From the NCBI GenBank assembly GCA_045586515.1, contig JAZNAM010000025.1:1-53271 (forward strand): DNA of 53,271 nt, given 5' to 3'. This DNA comes from Eubacteriales bacterium (GTDB lineage Bacteria > Bacillota > Clostridia > Oscillospirales > CAG-272). Under the pieces are notes generated by a model. The model made no database searches. It was not told the origin of the DNA and worked only from the letters and a program-made list of their open reading frames with translations. Shown here piece by piece: positions 48,441-53,271 of the stretch; the first letter of the stretch is position 1, and each line of letters starts with the position of its first letter. Both the position numbers and the translations under genes were made by a program.

Positions 48441-48469
48441 TTGCAAAAGCGCGAATTCTGTGGTATACT
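48441..48469 (+). promoter_or_regulatory. sigma-A-type promoter of comM/yifB
   Basis: TTGCAA, a 17-nt spacer, then TGgTATACT. Confidence 0.6.
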
Positions 48470-48493
48470 GGTAAGCAGAAAGGGGGTGGACAC

Positions 48494-50038
48494 GTGCTTT
48501 CCACCGTAATGAGCGCAGGAATCAGCGGTATTGACGGATTCTTGGTGAGCGTTGAATGTGACGCAAGGGAAAATATGTCCACTTTTGAGATCGTGGGACT
48601 GCCCGATCTTGCTGTAAAAGAAGCCAAGGAGCGTGTGAAGACCGCTTCCCGAAACAGCGGCTTCCGTTTTCCGTACTGCTCTCTCACCGTGAACCTTGCC
48701 CCCGCAGACAGGCGCAAGGAGGGCTCTGGCTTTGACATGGCCATTCTTTGTGGTATTTTGCATTGCAGCGGCGCGATTCGCCGCACGGCAGACCTGTCGC
48801 GCTCGTGCTTTATCGGCGAGCTGTCGCTCTCGGGCGCGGTGCGCCCCGTGCGCGGCGTGCTTTGTATGTGCGTTGCCGCCAAAGATGCAGGCCTTACCGA
48901 TGTGTACGTGCCCGTGGCAAATGCACGCGAGGCGGCGGCAGTGGAAGGGATCAACGTGTATCCCGTTGCTGACATGAAAACGCTGGTGGCGCACCTAAAC
49001 GGCGAAACCAAAATTGCGGCAATGCAGCGCGCTGCACTTCCCAAAAGTCGCACCGTCCAAGGCGCAATTCCCGATTTTATTGACGTGCGCGGTCAAGCAA
49101 TGGCCAAGCGCGCGATGGAGATTGCCGCGGCAGGCGGTCACAATATCGTGCTCATCGGTCCGCCCGGTACGGGTAAGTCGATGCTTGCCAAGCGTTTGCC
49201 CGGCATTTTGCCGCCGCTCTCGTTTGACGAAGCGATAGAAACCACAAAGGTACATTCTGTGGCAGGCACACTTCGCGACGATGCTTCGCTATTGACCGAG
49301 CGCCCCTTCCGTTCGCCGCATCATACCATGTCGGCGGTGAGCTTGGTTGGTGGCGGCACGCACCCCACCCCGGGCGAGGTATCTCTTGCGCACAACGGTG
49401 TACTCTTTCTTGACGAGTTGCCCGAGTTCCCCAAGACTGTGACGGACACCTTGCGTCAGCCCCTCGAGGACAGACGTGTGACGATTACGCGCGCAAGCGG
49501 CAGAGTAACGTTCCCTTGCTCATTCATGCTTGTGGGCGCGATGAATCCATGCCGTTGCGGCTATTTCGGTCATCCCACGCGTCAGTGCACTTGCTCGGCA
49601 AACGACGTAAAGCGCTATGTGTCGCGCATCAGCGGCCCGTTGCTTGATCGCATTGATATTGAGGTGGAACTGCCCTCTATTACGTATGACGAGCTTGCAG
49701 ACCGCGCACCCACAGGTGAGCCTTCTGCCGTGATTCGCGAGCGCGTGGTGAAGGCAAGGGCGTTTGCCGCCGCGCGAATGGCGGGCGAAAAAGGCGTATT
49801 TTGCAACGCACAGCTTGATGCGGCAGGGATTCGCAAGTATTGTATCGCCGATGACGACGCGATGACGTTACTTCGTACCGCCTACGATCGTTTGGGCCTT
49901 TCGGCGCGTGGATACGATCGCGTGATGCGCTTGGCGCGCACCATTGCGGATCTGGACGAGAGCGAAATTATCCGAGCTAATCATATTGCGGAAGCCATAC
50001 AGATGCGCACGCTTGATCGCAAATACTGGAATATGTAA
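48494..50038 (+). CDS. comM: YifB/ComM-family Mg-chelatase-like AAA+ ATPase
   Basis: Lon-like N-domain, GPPGTGKSMLAKR, FLDELPEF, and a CxxC..C zinc element. GTG start after GGGGGTGG. Confidence 0.92.
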   Translation: MLSTVMSAGISGIDGFLVSVECDARENMSTFEIVGLPDLAVKEAKERVKTASRNSGFRFPYCSLTVNLAPADRRKEGSGFDMAILCGILHCSGAIRRTADLSRSCFIGELSLSGAVRPVRGVLCMCVAAKDAGLTDVYVPVANAREAAAVEGINVYPVADMKTLVAHLNGETKIAAMQRAALPKSRTVQGAIPDFIDVRGQAMAKRAMEIAAAGGHNIVLIGPPGTGKSMLAKRLPGILPPLSFDEAIETTKVHSVAGTLRDDASLLTERPFRSPHHTMSAVSLVGGGTHPTPGEVSLAHNGVLFLDELPEFPKTVTDTLRQPLEDRRVTITRASGRVTFPCSFMLVGAMNPCRCGYFGHPTRQCTCSANDVKRYVSRISGPLLDRIDIEVELPSITYDELADRAPTGEPSAVIRERVVKARAFAAARMAGEKGVFCNAQLDAAGIRKYCIADDDAMTLLRTAYDRLGLSARGYDRVMRLARTIADLDESEIIRANHIAEAIQMRTLDRKYWNM

Positions 50039-50050
50039 CGGGGTGACGGT

Positions 50051-51205
50051 ATGAAAGAAACAATACGTTTGTTTGATGCCGAGCCCTACGGCATGCGTTT
50101 TGGCGCCACGGTGCTTGCGTGTGAACGCATGGAGGACGGTTTTGTCGTCGTGCTGGATCAAACGCTGTTTTTCCCCGAGGAGGGTGGACAATCTGCCGAC
50201 ACGGGTGTGCTTTCCGGCGTTTCTGTTACGCATGTTTTTGAGCGTGACGGGGTGATTTATCATGGTGTTGCCACGTCGCTCCCTGTTGGGGAAATAGTGG
50301 TGGGCGAGATTGATTTTGCGGCACGTTTTCGCAAGATGCAAAATCACACGGGCGAGCATATTCTCTCTGCGCTTGCGCACACGCAGTATGGGTTGCGCAA
50401 CGTAGGATTTCACCTTGGCGCGAGGGACGTGACGGCTGATTTTGATGGTGAACTTAGCGAGCAACAGGTGCGCGAAATGGAAACGCGTGCCAATGAAATT
50501 GTGGCAGAATGTCATCCCGTTAAGGGGCATTATCCCGATGCGGCGACGCTTTCGACGATGGAATATCGCGCGAAACTCGCACTTTGCGAGAACGTGCGCG
50601 TTGTGGAGATCGAAGGCGTTGATTTGTGTGCTTGCTGTGCGCCGCACGTCGGCAACACGGGCGAGATCGGCATGATTAAAATTATGTCGCATGAGCGCTA
50701 TAAGGGCGGTGTACGGTTGCATTTTCAATGCGGATATGATGCGCTTGACGCGTATCGCGCAGACCTTGCGCAGGTGAAGGAAATCTCTCGCGCGCTTTCC
50801 GTAAAACAGGGTGAGATTGCCGAGGGTGTGGCACGATTGCAAAGCGAGAATGAGCAGCTTCGCATCGCGCTCGCGGCCGCCAAGCGAGAACTGCTTGCCT
50901 ACAAACTTGAAAGAATCGAGCCGACTGCGGGCAATTTGTGCCTTTTTGAGGAGGAATGCGACGCGAACACGCTTCGCTATCTTGTCAATGGTGCGCTACC
51001 GCGTTGCGGCGGCATCTGCGCGGCGTTTTCGGGCACGGACGCCGCGGGATATAAGTATATTATCGCCGCAAACGGTATTGATTTGCGTGCGCTTTCCAAA
51101 GAGATCAACGCGGCACTGTCAGGTCGCGGCGGCGGTTCGCCGCAGATGATACAGGGAAGTTGCAGTGCAACAAGAGCGCAAATCGAAGCATATTTTCTCA
51201 AATAA
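50051..51205 (+). CDS. alaX: alanyl-tRNA editing protein (AlaX-L type: tRNA_SAD plus DHHA1)
   Basis: HTGEHIL..CACCAPHV (HxxxH / CxxxH zinc site) and a C-terminal GGGSPQM. Confidence 0.85.
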   Translation: MKETIRLFDAEPYGMRFGATVLACERMEDGFVVVLDQTLFFPEEGGQSADTGVLSGVSVTHVFERDGVIYHGVATSLPVGEIVVGEIDFAARFRKMQNHTGEHILSALAHTQYGLRNVGFHLGARDVTADFDGELSEQQVREMETRANEIVAECHPVKGHYPDAATLSTMEYRAKLALCENVRVVEIEGVDLCACCAPHVGNTGEIGMIKIMSHERYKGGVRLHFQCGYDALDAYRADLAQVKEISRALSVKQGEIAEGVARLQSENEQLRIALAAAKRELLAYKLERIEPTAGNLCLFEEECDANTLRYLVNGALPRCGGICAAFSGTDAAGYKYIIAANGIDLRALSKEINAALSGRGGGSPQMIQGSCSATRAQIEAYFLK

Positions 51206-51206
51206 G

Positions 51207-51247
51207 AACAGCGCGTATGACGATTCGCCATACGCGCTGTTTTTTTA
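51207..51247 (+). terminator. intrinsic terminator (overlaps the convergent stop codon)
   Basis: AACAGCGCGTATG..CATACGCGCTGTT followed by T7. Confidence 0.85.
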
Positions 51248-52606
51248 GTTATGGTTGCGGAGTCCCTTTGGATAAGCGTTTTTGAGTCTGCCGTCCACCG
51301 CCTTGCCGCCACCGAGGGGGGCGGCTTCGTAGAGAACGGCGGCGTAGCCGTTTTGACCGCTAAGTTCGGGGGCGGCGATTTCCTCGCCGCGCAAGTATTG
51401 CGTCACGCGCGCGTCATCGTGCGAGAGCGCAAGTGTGCGGCGAAACTCACTGCCGAAGGCGGAGAAAAGCTGATGATGGGGGACGATGCGCCCCTTGGTG
51501 AGTGTGCCGATACATACGCCTGGGGCAAATACACCCCTGGACGGTATTGGAATTTCGGGGGCAAGATAGAGATCGTCGCGCAACTGTACGAGGCGTGCGT
51601 CCGGACGCGTGATAAGTACGTCGGCAAGGAACTGCCAGGCAAGTGCCTCTGTTTTCTTGTCGGGGAGCGAGATTGCGTCGCGCGGTGCGCCGGGTGTTGC
51701 CTCGCCGTTTCGTTGCAATAGTGCAACGAATTGTCCTTCTCCGGGGGAGAGGTGTGGCCAGAAGCGTCGGCAATGCGTCATATCGTGTGCAAGTCCCTCA
51801 AAATTCACACCGCTTGCGGTGTTGTCGGCAACTTCGGGGGCAACAGGCGTCAGAGAGAAGTCGGGGTGGAGAGTGAGGAAACGATCCACGTTTTGCTCGT
51901 TTTCCTCGGGGGAGAAGGTGCAGGTGGAGAACAGGAGCTTGCCACCCGGCGCGACGAGCTCCGCCGCGTTTTCGAGGATCTCGAAGCCGCGCACAGCGCA
52001 CATCGCAACGTCTTCCTCGCTCCACTCTTCGCCTGCCACCTCGTATTTGCGGAACATGCCTTCACCCGAGCAGGGGACGTCGGCAACGACAAGGTCGAAA
52101 TATGCACCATAAAAGGCGGCAAGCGTGGCGGTGTCGAGATTGGTTACAACGGCGCGGCGTGCGCCAAGTCGCTCGATATTCCCTTGCAATATTCTGCACC
52201 GTGACGGCACATATTCATTGCAAACAAGTACGCCATCGGGTGCGATGGCGGCGGCAAGTTGCGTGGACTTCCCACCAGGTGCGGCGCAAAGGTCGATCAC
52301 GCGCACACCTTGCTTGGGCGCGGCGGCAACGACGGTGGAAATAGCGCCGGGGTCTTGCATATACATCATGCCTGCGTGATGCGCGGGGAGAGCACCGACC
52401 TTGTCCGCGGGCGCGTAAAAGGCGTCCTTGCCAAAGGGCAGGGGAGTGGCGTCAAACGGGAGCAGCGGCAACAGCGTTTCTGCATTTGTTTTGAGCGTGT
52501 TGACGCGCAACGCGCGCACGGCGGGCGTTTCAAGCGCCGCACAAAATGCGTCGAAATCAAGGTGCGGCATAGACCGCATGCGATTTAAAAATTGCTCGGG
52601 AATCAT
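51245..52606 (-). CDS. RsmB/NOP2-family rRNA m5C methyltransferase (RsmF/YebU-like)
   Basis: DLCAAPGGKSTQLA..DVPCSGEGMFRK..STCTFSPEENE. GGAGG RBS before the ATG at 52606. Confidence 0.88.
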   Translation of the reverse strand: MIPEQFLNRMRSMPHLDFDAFCAALETPAVRALRVNTLKTNAETLLPLLPFDATPLPFGKDAFYAPADKVGALPAHHAGMMYMQDPGAISTVVAAAPKQGVRVIDLCAAPGGKSTQLAAAIAPDGVLVCNEYVPSRCRILQGNIERLGARRAVVTNLDTATLAAFYGAYFDLVVADVPCSGEGMFRKYEVAGEEWSEEDVAMCAVRGFEILENAAELVAPGGKLLFSTCTFSPEENEQNVDRFLTLHPDFSLTPVAPEVADNTASGVNFEGLAHDMTHCRRFWPHLSPGEGQFVALLQRNGEATPGAPRDAISLPDKKTEALAWQFLADVLITRPDARLVQLRDDLYLAPEIPIPSRGVFAPGVCIGTLTKGRIVPHHQLFSAFGSEFRRTLALSHDDARVTQYLRGEEIAAPELSGQNGYAAVLYEAAPLGGGKAVDGRLKNAYPKGLRNHN

Positions 52607-52690
52607 GACGCCGCCTCCTTTTTGAGAAATTGTAAATTTAGTATAGCGTGCGCGCGCACTTTTTGTCAATATCTTTTTTAAAAAAGGGGC

Positions 52691-52719
52691 TTGACATGCC
52701 GTCCTTTTTGTGATATACT
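52691..52719 (+). promoter_or_regulatory. consensus-like sigma-A promoter of the tRNA pair
   Basis: TTGACA, a 17-nt spacer, then TATACT. Confidence 0.7.
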
Positions 52720-52758
52720 ACTTAGGCAATGGAAGGGGAAGTCCCCGTCCGCCGGCAA

Positions 52759-52846
52759 GCCGCTGTGGCGGAACTGGCAGACGCCCGAGACTTAAAATCT
52801 CGTGATACTTTGTATCGTACCGGTTCGATCCCGGTCAGCGGCACCA
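52759..52846 (+). tRNA. tRNA-Leu (anticodon UAA), class II with long variable arm, CCA encoded
   Basis: Acceptor GCCGCTG/CAGCGGC, anticodon loop CTTAAAA, variable arm GATAC/GTATC, T-arm ACCGG-TTCGATC-CCGGT. Confidence 0.92.
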
Positions 52847-52858
52847 TCGCATTCATAT

Positions 52859-52909
<51 letters not shown>

Positions 52910-52936
<27 letters not shown>

Positions 52937-53008
52937 AAAGAAAAGGCAGATGCGATGCATCTGCTTTTTCTTTTGGTTGCCGCCTTCGGCGGGTGGGATT
53001 TGAGCCTC
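52910..53008. repeat. about 99-nt imperfect inverted repeat spanning the tRNA-fMet 3' half, the terminator, and an inverted tRNA-fMet 3' fragment
   Basis: Left arm GAGGTTCAAATCCCACC-tcc-GCAACCAAAAGAAAAGGCAGATGC. Right arm GCATCTGCtTTTTCTTTTGGTTGC-cgccttcggcg-GGTGGGATTTGAgCCTC. Confidence 0.85.
52946..52974. terminator. intrinsic terminator after the tRNA pair (symmetric flanks)
   Basis: GCAGATGC-GAT-GCATCTGC followed by TTTTTCTTTT, with AAAAGAAAAG upstream. Confidence 0.8.
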
Positions 53009-53110
53009 ACCGCCTTCGGTACCGAAGGCTCGACCTCCTTCGCCTACGGCGAAAGGAAGTCGGGCGAATAACTTGCAACCTAAGCGAAAAGGATTGAGTA
53101 TCCTTTTCGC
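52975..53110. other. hairpin-dense segment (at least 4 stem-loops) of unknown function; possibly decayed tRNA-like sequence or a structured RNA
   Basis: CGCC-TTC-GGCG (52981-91), GCCTTCGG-TA-CCGAAGGC (53012-29), CCTTCGCC-TAC-GGCGAAAGG (53037-56) and GCGAAAAGGAT-TGAGT-ATCCTTTTCGC (53084-110). GGTTGC (52975-80) is complementary to GCAACC (53075-80). Confidence 0.6.
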
Positions 53111-53242
53111 AACGGTTGACGGCACAAAGCAAGGAGTAGACGTAGCCGAGCAAGCGCAGGCGACGGCAGACGACTATGCGACTGCCGCGGAAGGTCGTGA
53201 GGAAAATGGACAGTCGAGGACGCCTGTCCCTACAAATTGTTC

Positions 53243-53271
53243 TTTACATATATGAAAATTTATGCTATAAT
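53243..53271 (+). promoter_or_regulatory. consensus-like sigma-A promoter firing out of the right edge
   Basis: TTTACA, a 17-nt spacer, then TATAAT; the window ends at the -10. Confidence 0.6.

Noticed and set aside
52973-53080. A complete minus-strand tRNA gene convergent with tRNA-fMet.
   Set aside because: Only the T-arm and acceptor 3' half are tRNA-like. The acceptor strand is interrupted by an 11-nt hairpin, the anticodon-arm equivalent has a 2-nt loop, and no matching 5' acceptor strand for a CCA-ending 3' strand exists. At best it is a decayed or derived element; it is reported as a finding rather than as a tRNA.
53073-53255. A 60-aa ORF in the hairpin-rich region at the right edge (and the overlapping 77-aa minus-strand ORF at 52892-53125).
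   Set aside because: They have no RBS, overlap tRNA, terminator and palindromic sequence, and their composition is driven by the repeats.

Overview
This 53.3 kb window looks like core chromosome from a spore-forming Firmicute, probably Clostridia (Oscillospiraceae-like; this taxonomic guess is inference only). It is densely packed with about 55 protein genes on alternating strands, and almost all are recognisable housekeeping genes. These include a reverse-rubrerythrin/PerR/rubrerythrin oxidative-stress operon, U32 peptidase-rarA-uppP, glyA, yybS-gdpP-rplI-dnaB-tilS-ftsH, rimP-nusA-ylxR-L7Ae-infB and asd. Also present are rsmI, holB-ricT, gpsA-like, mrnC, ppiB, plsY, comM, alaX, an rsmF-like methyltransferase, and a tRNA-Leu(UAA)/initiator tRNA-Met pair. 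I found no transposase, integrase, CRISPR array, phage genes or recognisable defence genes, so I cannot point to a clear novel system.

The observations most worth a second look are:
1. glyA and asd are each broken by a net 2-nt (or 1-nt) indel inside a short TG/CA dinucleotide run.
2. A tight operon encodes B12-binding radical SAM, SDR and YgiQ radical SAM proteins, with no known pathway.
3. Three translationally coupled small ORFs of unknown function lie downstream of ftsH, next to a divergent XRE/AbrB pair.
4. An MBOAT plus AlgJ/DHHW-like pair has its DHHW catalytic motif replaced by ENSL.
5. RicT carries a roughly 200-aa Arg/Gly-rich N-terminal extension that contains an exact 21-nt direct repeat.
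6. Downstream of the initiator tRNA is a hairpin-dense segment of about 140 nt that includes an inverted copy and a direct copy of tRNA-fMet fragments.
7. Two Fur-family 7-1-7 operators flank the reverse-rubrerythrin promoter.

All calls come from reading the translations and sequence by eye. No database search was run.
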